Shown in pieces: positions 46,342-55,074 of a DNA stretch of 64,000 nt (position 1 is the stretch's first letter; every line of letters starts with the position of its first letter). The DNA comes from an uncultured Gammaproteobacteria bacterium (GTDB taxonomy: Bacteria; Patescibacteriota; Microgenomatia; Levybacterales; UBA12049): positions 7,782 through 71,781 of the forward strand of contig CAZWXQ010000002.1 in NCBI GenBank assembly GCA_964637955.1, given 5' to 3'. A program made the position numbers and the translations under genes. Under the pieces are notes generated by a model. It was not told where the DNA came from. It searched no databases and saw nothing but the letters and a program-made list of their open reading frames with translations.

Positions 46342-46699
46342 ACTCAGCCATATAGGTTATGGCAACTTTTGAAGATCCGATTGCTTTAAATGCCAAGCCC
46401 ATGATTTGGTCCATTCTTAATTGAGGCTCTAGTTTTCTTATTTCTTGAATTCTCCGTTTGCCAATAGATATCATGCTTCTGTCATTTCTATCCATTGCTA
46501 TAGAATCTGGATCCTCAAGCATAATGTGAACATTTAATGCTTGTGACCATCCGATTGCACTTAATTCTGAAGGATTACTATAGATTGCAGCATGACCAAT
46601 TAAATCTCCGAGATCATCTTTGACCTGTACAAATTCATATGAAGGTTCTTCTGATCTATCGATAATATCAATTATTGGAATCAATATATTTCTTTCCAC
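46331..46699 (-). CDS. hypothetical protein
   Basis: ORF track only. Confidence 0.3.
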   Translation of the reverse strand: MERNILIPIIDIIDRSEEPSYEFVQVKDDLGDLIGHAAIYSNPSELSAIGWSQALNVHIMLEDPDSIAMDRNDRSMISIGKRRIQEIRKLEPQLRMDQIMGLAFKAIGSSKVAITYMAESTS

Positions 46700-46862
46700 A
46701 AATATGAGATTATACTCTGGTTTTAAGAATTATGCTATACTCTTCTTTAGCTTCTGGCTAAAGAATTTGAAATTTTTATTAAAATTAAAATGTTTTAATT
46801 TTTAAACATTAAATTATTGAAAATTCAATGAAAATTAAAAATTATAAATTGAAAATTTAATT

Positions 46863-48116
46863 ATGAGATATAGTACATTTTTTCCAAAAAGTAATAAGAG
46901 GGAATTTAAAGATGATTTGTCTGTAAATGCAGTTCTGTTAGTAAAAGCTGGCTATGTGGATCAGCTAATGGCTGGAAGCTATACACTTCTTCCACTGGGT
47001 TTTCGTGTAATTGAAAAACTAAAAGACATAATGCGCGAGGAATTGAATCCCACAGGAGCGCAGGAAATGTTAATGCCTCTTCTTCATCCAAAAGAGATTT
47101 GGGATCAGACTGGTCGTTGGAGTGATCCAGATGTAAAGGAAATCATGTACCAGTTTAAAGACACGCGTGATAAAGAGTTTGGTTTATCTTTTACTCATGA
47201 GGAAATAGTAATGCACACACTTGGTAAATATGTTCAAAGTTATAAAGATTTGCCTGCTAAGATTTATCATTTCTCTACCAAATTTAGAAATGAACCTAGA
47301 GCCAAATCGGGAGTTCTAAGAGGTAGAGAGTTTATGATGAAAGATCTTTATTCCGCCCACGTTTCAGAAGAAGACATGTATGAATATTACAATCAAGTCA
47401 AAGATGTTTATCCTAGAATTTTCAAAAGAATGGGATTGGATTCCATTACTGTTGAGGCTTCAGGGGGAGTATTTACAAAGGATAATTCACATGAGTTTCA
47501 AGTGGCTTCAGAGGTTGGAGAGGATACTATTTACATTTGTAACAGCGATGGTCATGATTGTGATTGTAGATTTGCACAGAACAAGGAAATCTATCAAGGA
47601 GCAGAAGGTGACAAATGTCCACAATGTGATGATTGCAGAGTAAAGGCGGTAAAATCTATTGAAGTTGGAAATATATTTCCTCTTGGCACAAAATATTCTG
47701 AAAAAATGAACGTTTTATATACGGATAATGAGGGCGATAAAAAGCCAATTTGGTTTGCATCTTATGGAATTGGTCCAACAAGAATTATGGGAACACTTGT
47801 AGAGTTATTTCATGATGAAAAAGGAATCATATGGCCAAAAAGTGTTTCACCATTCCAGGTTTATCTTGTAAGCTTAGGTCGAGATGAAAAGGCAAGTGAG
47901 ATTGAGAAAAAGCTTGAAGAGGCAGGAATTGAGGTTCTTTTTGATGATAGAGATGCTTCGGCTGGGGGAAAGTTTGCAAATGCAGATCTTCTTGGTTTCC
48001 CATATCGCTTGGTAGTTTCAGAAAAAACAGGAGATAAAATAGAATTTAAAGAAAGAACCTCAACGGATATTGAATTATTAAGTCTCGAGGAGATTCTAAA
48101 TAAAATCTCTAACTAA
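46863..48116 (+). CDS. proS: prolyl-tRNA synthetase, bacterial-type core lacking INS editing domain, with Cys-rich insert
   Basis: Class-II motifs (FRNEPRAKSGVLRGREFMMKD, GIGPTR), YTLLPLGFRV N-terminus collinear with bacterial ProS; 417 aa; insert CNSDGHDCDC...CPQCDDC. Confidence 0.85.
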   Translation: MRYSTFFPKSNKREFKDDLSVNAVLLVKAGYVDQLMAGSYTLLPLGFRVIEKLKDIMREELNPTGAQEMLMPLLHPKEIWDQTGRWSDPDVKEIMYQFKDTRDKEFGLSFTHEEIVMHTLGKYVQSYKDLPAKIYHFSTKFRNEPRAKSGVLRGREFMMKDLYSAHVSEEDMYEYYNQVKDVYPRIFKRMGLDSITVEASGGVFTKDNSHEFQVASEVGEDTIYICNSDGHDCDCRFAQNKEIYQGAEGDKCPQCDDCRVKAVKSIEVGNIFPLGTKYSEKMNVLYTDNEGDKKPIWFASYGIGPTRIMGTLVELFHDEKGIIWPKSVSPFQVYLVSLGRDEKASEIEKKLEEAGIEVLFDDRDASAGGKFANADLLGFPYRLVVSEKTGDKIEFKERTSTDIELLSLEEILNKISN

Positions 48117-48729
48117 AACTAGGAAGAAAAGGTAATTGAACCTTAAATAAGTAGACCCACACAAAAGTATAAGCCACAAGTAGTAATACAATTCCCAAGC
48201 CAATCATTACAGGCATCAGGTGAAGTCCACCTTTTTTAACTGGAGTAGTTCCTACATTCTTGCCACTATCTGTTGCGTTAAACGCTACAGTTGAGTTAAC
48301 ACCAGGAATCGCATTTGAGGGAGTACTAGTTAGCGCAGAAGGTTGAGCGGGCGCGACTGTCGTGGGTGTTGGTTCTGGCATTGCAGGTTGGGGCATCGGT
48401 TCTGGTGCAGGAGCAGGCGGTGGCGTTTCGACAGGAGGTGCTGGAGGGGGAGGAGGAGTTGGATTAAAGGCAGGCTGTGGAGCGGGTTCGGGCATTGCAG
48501 GTTGAGGAGCTGGCGTAGGATTTGACGCATATGGATTTTGATATGGATTTGAGTTTTGAGGTTGCGGATTTTGGACAGGTTGTTGAAATGGATTAGGCAA
48601 TGCAGGATCAGGATTAGCTGGTGGGGGAGGCATTCCTGGTTGTTGAGGATTTCCAGAGCCAGTAGTGCCCATAACACGGTTATAGGCATCCTGAAGCTTG
48701 GGATCAAGATTGGACAGTTTGGGATCCAT
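48109..48729 (-). CDS. proline-rich protein with C-terminal TM anchor
   Basis: PxP-rich low complexity; C-terminal LHLMPVMIGLGIVLLLVAYTFVWVYLF. Confidence 0.4.
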   Translation of the reverse strand: MDPKLSNLDPKLQDAYNRVMGTTGSGNPQQPGMPPPPANPDPALPNPFQQPVQNPQPQNSNPYQNPYASNPTPAPQPAMPEPAPQPAFNPTPPPPPAPPVETPPPAPAPEPMPQPAMPEPTPTTVAPAQPSALTSTPSNAIPGVNSTVAFNATDSGKNVGTTPVKKGGLHLMPVMIGLGIVLLLVAYTFVWVYLFKVQLPFLPSFS

Positions 48730-48920
48730 CCCGTTTAAAAGCAGGTCGCGATCTGCTTCAGTCTCCTTTCATATATGGTTTTTAATACTTTCATATAATT
48801 GTAATGTTTATTATCAATCTCTAATCGCGATCGCGGCTTTTAACGGGATCCTTTGATACTCTATTATTCTTATTATTCGGTTTAAAGTCAACTATAACTT
48901 ACTGTGATTTTCTAAGAAGT

Positions 48921-50000
48921 TTAGTCCTCTGCGCGCATTTTTTCGGCAATAGGAATCGAAGTTTTTCGTAAATCGCCAATATCTTTGACTGCTTTTGTTG
49001 CAGCTTTCATGTGATCTTTTAGATTGTGTGGCGCTCCGGGATGAGTTCTTTCATGTATCATTATTGAGCCTGACCTATGCATTTTTCGCATCTTCTCATG
49101 TTTCAAATCAATTAAATTTTCCGCAGAATCATACTGCGCGAATGCTAGCTCTGCTGTTTTGGCACCCATTTGAGATTTAGGAGAATTAAAATGCCACCAT
49201 TCTGGAGAATATGGTTCAAAACCAGCGCTATGCATGATGTGATATAGAAGTCTTCTGTTCTCTAAGGCTTCTTGTTCATCTGGGTTCAGAGGTCTTTCTC
49301 TTGTCAACTGCTCAAAATAATCTAATGATGCTTGGGTACCACCAAAATCATATGCTGTTCCAAAATTAAGTAATTCACTATTTTGAGACAATAATTTTAT
49401 TCTTTCCATTTCAAGCGCATATTGCGTTTTCCAATCATATGAATTTGGATTGATTTTTAAATTAATATCTCTTAGTCTTGTTGCAATTTCGGGAGATAAT
49501 TTTATGATTGCAAGATCAACTGAGCCGCCAGTATTATGCGGAGAAGGTTTTTTAGGATCCAAGGAGGGAAGAGAAACATATTTTTGTGCATGTTCGGATA
49601 ATTTATCTTCGGAGTATTCAGGATGCCTTTCTCTTAGAGATTTTAAAAAATTATTATAGAATGATTGTTGAACATCTATCGGTCTAAAAGCATCAAAAAC
49701 AACTAGTTTCATATTCATGGGTAAATATAGCTGTGCAACACGAAGTCTATCAGCTACGTCATCCCTTACAAATTGCGTAAGAAGCGATCCCTGAATTTCT
49801 CCCGTTGAATACGGTGATGATTGTCGCTCTCCCATATAAATAGAATCAGTAAAAATATCCCAATACTGGGAAAAAGGTCCAAGAGGAACAAGTCCCTCGG
49901 AATTTGGAATAATTGAGATTTCTTTCCATCCTACAACTGGTGGAAGTTCTGGGATTGGAATCTGCTTATAATCAATATCTTTAATAAGTTGTTCTGTCAT
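48921..50000 (-). CDS. M15-family D-Ala-D-Ala dipeptidase (VanX/DdpX-like) with N-terminal extension
   Basis: SPHNTGGSVDLAI (SxHxxGxAxD) and PEWWHFN (EWWH) motifs. Confidence 0.65.
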   Translation of the reverse strand: MTEQLIKDIDYKQIPIPELPPVVGWKEISIIPNSEGLVPLGPFSQYWDIFTDSIYMGERQSSPYSTGEIQGSLLTQFVRDDVADRLRVAQLYLPMNMKLVVFDAFRPIDVQQSFYNNFLKSLRERHPEYSEDKLSEHAQKYVSLPSLDPKKPSPHNTGGSVDLAIIKLSPEIATRLRDINLKINPNSYDWKTQYALEMERIKLLSQNSELLNFGTAYDFGGTQASLDYFEQLTRERPLNPDEQEALENRRLLYHIMHSAGFEPYSPEWWHFNSPKSQMGAKTAELAFAQYDSAENLIDLKHEKMRKMHRSGSIMIHERTHPGAPHNLKDHMKAATKAVKDIGDLRKTSIPIAEKMRAED

Positions 50001-50002
50001 GG

Positions 50003-50890
50003 TTATTTTGCGTTCATAATTAATATGTTTATTAATTCCTTAAAACTTATTCCGGCAGCAAGTGCCGCTTTTGGCATAAGACTTTTTTCTGTTAATCCGG
50101 GTATCGTGTTTGCTTCTAGGGCATAAGGAATGCCATCTGCATATATAAAATCTATCCTTGAATAAGTGCCAAAGTTGAAATGTTTGTGAATAAATAATGC
50201 AATTTCTTGGGCTTGTTTTTGCTTATTTTTAGGAACACTTGGGGCATAAGGAATCTCCTTAGTATTCGTATACTTATTTTTATAACTAAACCATTCGCCA
50301 TTGGGTGGAATTATTTCAATAACGGGTAAAGGTTTATTGTTCAATATTCCAACAGTAAATTCTACTCCTTTAATATATTTTTCTACATAAATTTTGAAAT
50401 TTGAATTTAATAATCTTTGTGTATTTTTGTCATCCAGATTTTTATTTGATAATAAAATCTGAACTTCAAGGGATGATCCTCCATGAGATGCTTTTAATAC
50501 GCAAGGAAATCCAAATTCTTCAATATCTTTTTCAGTTTTTATTTTTCGCCAATCTGATGTTGGTAAGTTATTTTTGGATGCAAATTTTTTGAAAGGTATT
50601 TTATACCAACCATTTTTCAATCCTTCATAATCTCTCGTGCCAACAATAGGTTTATTAAGAAGATTTAAAAACTTGTGAAGTTTTCCTCCTTCTCCTTCTT
50701 GTCCATGTAGAATAGGAAAGAGGACATCAAATTCTTTAGAATTTTTTTCAATATTCTCATAACCATATTTAATGTCATAGAGTTTTGTTTTGTGACCTGA
50801 TTTTATTAATCTTTCAGAAACGTTTTTTGCTGATTTTAATGAAATGCTTCTTTCAGGAGCTGTTCCACCAGTAATAATAAAAATTTTCAT
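50003..50890 (-). CDS. ddl: D-alanine--D-alanine ligase
   Basis: KIFIITGGTAPERSISLKSAKNV N-terminus, C-terminal RIDF...LEANTIPGLTEKSL ATP-grasp Ddl motifs. Confidence 0.8.
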   Translation of the reverse strand: MKIFIITGGTAPERSISLKSAKNVSERLIKSGHKTKLYDIKYGYENIEKNSKEFDVLFPILHGQEGEGGKLHKFLNLLNKPIVGTRDYEGLKNGWYKIPFKKFASKNNLPTSDWRKIKTEKDIEEFGFPCVLKASHGGSSLEVQILLSNKNLDDKNTQRLLNSNFKIYVEKYIKGVEFTVGILNNKPLPVIEIIPPNGEWFSYKNKYTNTKEIPYAPSVPKNKQKQAQEIALFIHKHFNFGTYSRIDFIYADGIPYALEANTIPGLTEKSLMPKAALAAGISFKELINILIMNAK

Positions 50891-51034
50891 TCTGTCATTT
50901 TACCTGGTGAATTTGTCTGATTCAAAAAAATGAAAATATTTCTGAGACAGTAGCTTCGTGCTAACTTTAAATTAAACGTATTCCAAAATTACTGGACATT
51001 TATATAATTTTAGGCTAAAATACATCCAATAATT

Positions 51035-51790
51035 ATGGAAAAGATAATTGAAAATACACTTAAGCAGCTTGATCTGTCTCCAAACGAGATTAAGTTTTTT
51101 ATGACTTGTTTTAAAACAGGTACATCTACGGTAAATGAAATTGCCAAACTTGCAAAAATAAAGCGTTCCTCTGCTTATATTATTGCTGAGAGTTTACTTG
51201 AAAAAAAATTTCTGCAGGAAGATTTTAGTCAATACAAAAAAAGAGTAACGGCGAGTGAATCTTCAAGCCTTTTAAGAATGCTGTCTGCAAAACAAAGAAC
51301 TATAGGGAGACAGGAGATTGAGCTGAAAGAGCATTTAGCTGAAGTACAAGTTCTTTATGGAGCTTCGGAGATAAGACCAAGGATTAAAGTATATGATGGA
51401 GTAAATGGATTGGTTCAGATTAAGGAAGATATATTAAGTTCAAAAACGGAAATATTTCTATGGACTAATCAGGAGGCGGAGTCTTCATTTTTTAGCAAAA
51501 ATCATCATGATAAGTTTATAGAAATAAGAAAGAAAAGAGGAATCAAAATTAAAGTCTTGGCTGTAAGAAATAATGAAGGAGAGAAATTGCAAGCTAAAGA
51601 CGAGGAAGATCTGAGAGAAACAAGATTATTGCCTGCAAATATGGAATTTACTTCTGAAACCTATATTTATGATAATAAAATTGCAATTTTAGATTTTAAA
51701 AAAGACATTTTTGGAGCAATAATTGAAAGTGAGCAATTTAGCTTAGCTCAAAAAACGATTTTTAATATTAATTGGAATGCTTTGGTTTGA
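51035..51790 (+). CDS. TrmB-like HTH transcriptional regulator
   Basis: N-terminal LSPNEIKFFMTCFKTGTSTVNEIAKLAKIKRSSAYIIAESL winged-HTH resembling TrmB family. Confidence 0.45.
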   Translation: MEKIIENTLKQLDLSPNEIKFFMTCFKTGTSTVNEIAKLAKIKRSSAYIIAESLLEKKFLQEDFSQYKKRVTASESSSLLRMLSAKQRTIGRQEIELKEHLAEVQVLYGASEIRPRIKVYDGVNGLVQIKEDILSSKTEIFLWTNQEAESSFFSKNHHDKFIEIRKKRGIKIKVLAVRNNEGEKLQAKDEEDLRETRLLPANMEFTSETYIYDNKIAILDFKKDIFGAIIESEQFSLAQKTIFNINWNALV

Positions 51791-51824
51791 AAATTATAGG
51801 TCTTGAGAGTAAAATATTCAATGA

Positions 51825-52583
51825 ATGAGTGAACAACGTGAAGATAGTTCAGCAGTGAGAATTGATCCTGATTATAAAGATCCGGATTTATTGCCATCTC
51901 AAATGAGAATTAAAAGTCTGGCGGATGAAATGCTTGTATTTAAGCCATCAGAATTAGCAGCTTCTGCATTTTTTGATTTGCAAGGAGTTAATCCAAAAAA
52001 GATTCTAGATAGAATTAGAGGAACTTCATTAGCCAATATGCTTTTAGGAGAAGATAATCCACTTTCTGATGATGGAGCACTAGAATACAACTCGAGGATA
52101 GGTCTTTTTGCAAATGATGAAAATTTGACAAGAGTTAGATTAATGGCGCATGGATGGGAATATGATAAGAGAAGACCTGATCCTAAGGGTCCACAACAGA
52201 TACCATTTGATGTTCTTGAATTTCCAGGAGAAAAAGATTGGGGAAGGTCAGTAACTGTATCTTTTATTTATGGTACGAAAAAAAGATATGCTGTCCAATC
52301 TATAAGTAGTACAGCAGGTTCCCAAGAGTTTGGTGAACTACCATCTTTTAGTAGAAAAGCTTATTCACCCGATTTTCAGGAAGAAATGGGAATTAGTGGT
52401 CATAGTGATATTACTAGGAGTTTTGAGAACGAAGAAGAGGCAAATTTCTACTATGATTTAGTAGAGGAGCTATTTGAAGATTGGAAAAAAGAAAATCCAG
52501 ATAGTGTCCATGGAACTAAGCCTAAAGATCTGCCGGATGATTCCGACAAGGAGATTGCGCAATTTCTTGATGCGCTTGAATAA
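51825..52583 (+). CDS. hypothetical acidic protein
   Basis: ORF track only. Confidence 0.35.
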   Translation: MSEQREDSSAVRIDPDYKDPDLLPSQMRIKSLADEMLVFKPSELAASAFFDLQGVNPKKILDRIRGTSLANMLLGEDNPLSDDGALEYNSRIGLFANDENLTRVRLMAHGWEYDKRRPDPKGPQQIPFDVLEFPGEKDWGRSVTVSFIYGTKKRYAVQSISSTAGSQEFGELPSFSRKAYSPDFQEEMGISGHSDITRSFENEEEANFYYDLVEELFEDWKKENPDSVHGTKPKDLPDDSDKEIAQFLDALE

Positions 52584-52641
52584 TCTCAAAAAGAAGAATT
52601 ATTCTCCAATTCTTCCTCAAAATAAGTTATACTTGCTGAAT

Positions 52642-53541
52642 ATGAAAATAATTGTTACACATAATGCTCCAGATTTAGATGCGGTAACTTCTGTTTGGCT
52701 AATTAGAAGATATTTGCCAGGGTGGAATGATGCACAAGTTAAATTCGTCCCTGCAGGACAAAGACTTGAAGGAGCAAAACCTGGTCCAGAAGTAGAAAGT
52801 GTGATTGAAATAATAGGTGAGAATGAAGTAATCCATGTTGATACTGGACTTGGACCGCTTGATCATCATCAAACAAAAAGTGATCAGATTTGCGGAACAA
52901 CACTTACTTGGGACTACGTAAGAGAGAATAGTGATAGTTTTAAGCATCCAGAAGATTCAGATAAGATAGTTGAAAAAGAAGAAGCCATCTCCAGAATAGT
53001 CCAAGTGGTGGTTGAAGATGATCATTTTAAAGAAGTATTCTGGCCTAATCCGAATGCTGATTATTTTGAGTTTTTAGTGCACTCAGTTATTGATGGAATC
53101 AAGCTTGCAAAGCCAGGAGATGATGAATATTGCGTTAATTTTTCAAATGAATGCTTGGATTATATTCTTCATAATTTTGAAAATAAAATTTGGGCGGAAA
53201 AAGAGATTGAAGAAAATTCTACTCAGTTTGAGAGTCATTGGGGGAAAGGAATGGGACTTGAAACTATAAATGATGATGTCATAAAGCTTGCACAAAAATC
53301 AGGCTTTGCAGTAGTGGTACGAAAAGATCCAAGAAAAGGATATGTCAGGATTAAGGCAAGTCCAGCATTTGAGGTAGATCTTACAAATACTTACGAGCAG
53401 CTTAAGAAAATGGATCCAGATGCAACTTGGTTTCTTCATGTGGGAAAAAAAATGCTTTTAAACGGAACCCCAAAAAATCCTAAGATGGTTCCAACCAAGT
53501 TAAGTCTTGATGCTATAATATCTATACTCAAAAAAAATTAA
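52642..53541 (+). CDS. DHH-family phosphoesterase (NrnA-like)
   Basis: THNAPDLDAVTS (motif I/II) and GLGPLDHHQ (DHH); start 52642 (MKIIVTH) chosen to avoid 110-nt overlap of ORF-track start 52474. Confidence 0.6.
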   Translation: MKIIVTHNAPDLDAVTSVWLIRRYLPGWNDAQVKFVPAGQRLEGAKPGPEVESVIEIIGENEVIHVDTGLGPLDHHQTKSDQICGTTLTWDYVRENSDSFKHPEDSDKIVEKEEAISRIVQVVVEDDHFKEVFWPNPNADYFEFLVHSVIDGIKLAKPGDDEYCVNFSNECLDYILHNFENKIWAEKEIEENSTQFESHWGKGMGLETINDDVIKLAQKSGFAVVVRKDPRKGYVRIKASPAFEVDLTNTYEQLKKMDPDATWFLHVGKKMLLNGTPKNPKMVPTKLSLDAIISILKKN

Positions 53542-53559
53542 AATTAAAAATTTAAAATT

Positions 53560-53964
53560 ATGAATGATTGTATATTTTGTAGTGTAATAAGCCAAAAAAT
53601 GCCAGGATATTTTGTTCTTGAAGAAAAAAATGTTGTGGCGTTCCTCGATATTTTTGGTTCCACTGATGGGCACGTTCTTGTAGTTCCAAGAAAACACGGT
53701 AGAACCATTCAGGATTTTAATAAAGAAGAATTAGGTGAGGTAATGGACACGGTTAGAAAAGTTTCTGAGAAGCTTGAAAAAGCGCTTCAAACAGATTCAA
53801 TTTCAATCGGTATAAATCATAAAGAAGAAAAGGGAGTTGCCCATCTTCATGTGCATTTAATTCCAAGATTTAAAAATGATGGAGGATTGGTTTTGCAGAG
53901 TTTAGTTACAAAAGGAATAGTTGAAAATTTAGCCCAAACTGCAGAAATAATCAGCAAAGCCTAA
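53560..53964 (+). CDS. HIT-family hydrolase (Hint-like)
   Basis: VAHLHVHLIPR histidine triad; HVLVVPRKH. Confidence 0.75.
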   Translation: MNDCIFCSVISQKMPGYFVLEEKNVVAFLDIFGSTDGHVLVVPRKHGRTIQDFNKEELGEVMDTVRKVSEKLEKALQTDSISIGINHKEEKGVAHLHVHLIPRFKNDGGLVLQSLVTKGIVENLAQTAEIISKA

Positions 53965-54151
53965 TCTAGATTTGTTTTAGCAAGAAGCTTGTTAAAAAAC
54001 TCTTTTTGAGGTACAATTTAACACGCAATATATAGTATTGACCCGCTTTGAGATCTCTGTTTGGCTTCGTTTGGTACACGCTTCGCAAAGCTCAGCGGTA
54101 AAGAATCTGATTAATAGATTCAATACTTAGATCTTCGATCTAAGTATAACT

Positions 54152-54295
54152 AACTCTAAGCCTCGCACCTGACGGTGCTCGGCAAGAGATTAGTAAAATA
54201 CATTTGACCTAAAGGTCAAAGTATAAGATATTACAATCCCGACAAAATCGGGAAAGTAAATCTAGAATCCCAAGAGCCTTCGGCTTTGGGATAAG
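54152..54295 (+). repeat. copies of structured mini-element (A: CTCTAAGCCTCGCACCTGACGGTGCTCGGCAAGAG; B hairpin ATCCCAAGAGCCTTCGGCTTTGGGAT) in rpsU 5' region
   Basis: A1 54152-54198 and B1 54267-54295 near-identical to 56526-56571 and 56497-56524. Confidence 0.55.
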
Positions 54296-54362
54296 AAAAA
54301 CTAGAACTCGTTTGCTAAGGCAACTCGTTAAGTTTTTCTAATAAGGGGGTGTTTTTATATTT

Positions 54363-54542
54363 ATGGTAGTAGTAAAAAAGTCACCTGGAGACAGTGATGA
54401 CGCATTAATAAGAAAATTTTCAAGAAAAGTTATGTCTGAAGGCATAGTTCAGGAGGCAAAGAGGAGAGAATTTTATCTCAAGCCTTCCTTAGCTCGCAAG
54501 CAAAAAGCAGAAGATGCTAGAAGGGTTAAGAAAGTTTGGTAA
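54363..54542 (+). CDS. rpsU: 30S ribosomal protein S21 (59 aa, below ORF-track cutoff)
   Basis: MVVVKKSPGDSDDALIRKFSRKVMSEGIVQEAKRREFYLKPSLARKQKAEDARRVKKVW resembles S21; preceded by strong SD AAGGGGGTG. Confidence 0.75.
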   Translation: MVVVKKSPGDSDDALIRKFSRKVMSEGIVQEAKRREFYLKPSLARKQKAEDARRVKKVW

Positions 54543-54934
54543 TGCAGGAAAATAATCTAAAAGTTTTAATTTACGTTGAAAGTAGATATAGAATCGACCG
54601 AAAAAGAGTTAGAAATTCACTCGCAAACCTACTTGATCAGCAGGGGATTCATTCACCTGTTGAGGTTTCTGTTGCCATAGTTGGGGACAGAAAAATGAAA
54701 GAGCTTTCTAAGAAATATAAAGGAGAAGATAGAACTCGAAATATTCTTTCATTTTCTTTAAATGAAGGAGAAAAAATGGCCACTCCAGCTGGAATCATGA
54801 GGTTAGGCGATATAGTCATCTCATATCCAATTGCGAGACTAGAAGCAGCAAGAGACGAAATGCTCGTAGATGATAAAATTGATGAACTAGTTCTGCACGG
54901 AATGACACATCTTTTAGGAACTCACCACGAATAA
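54542..54934 (+). CDS. ybeY: rRNA maturation endoribonuclease YbeY
   Basis: C-terminal HGMTHLLGTHHE (H3xH5xH) zinc motif; ATG at 54542 overlaps rpsU stop. Confidence 0.75.
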   Translation: MQENNLKVLIYVESRYRIDRKRVRNSLANLLDQQGIHSPVEVSVAIVGDRKMKELSKKYKGEDRTRNILSFSLNEGEKMATPAGIMRLGDIVISYPIARLEAARDEMLVDDKIDELVLHGMTHLLGTHHE

Positions 54935-55074
54935 ATACTACAAATGCCACAAATTTCAAATATACAAATAAACCAATAAAATTATCATGCACAAAACTGC
55001 GAATTGATGATGTTAAAGATTTGTAGTATCCTTCTTAGACTAGTTGCTAACCGCTGATAACTAATAGCTAAATT

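Noticed and set aside
48109-48729. GC-rich island suggesting foreign DNA
   Set aside because: The high GC content comes from proline (CCN) codons in a Pro-rich low-complexity protein. It is not evidence of horizontal transfer.
52474-52641. ORF-track 5' extension of the DHH phosphoesterase gene
   Set aside because: It overlaps the preceding gene by 110 nt in another frame. The conserved DHH N-terminus begins at Met 52642.
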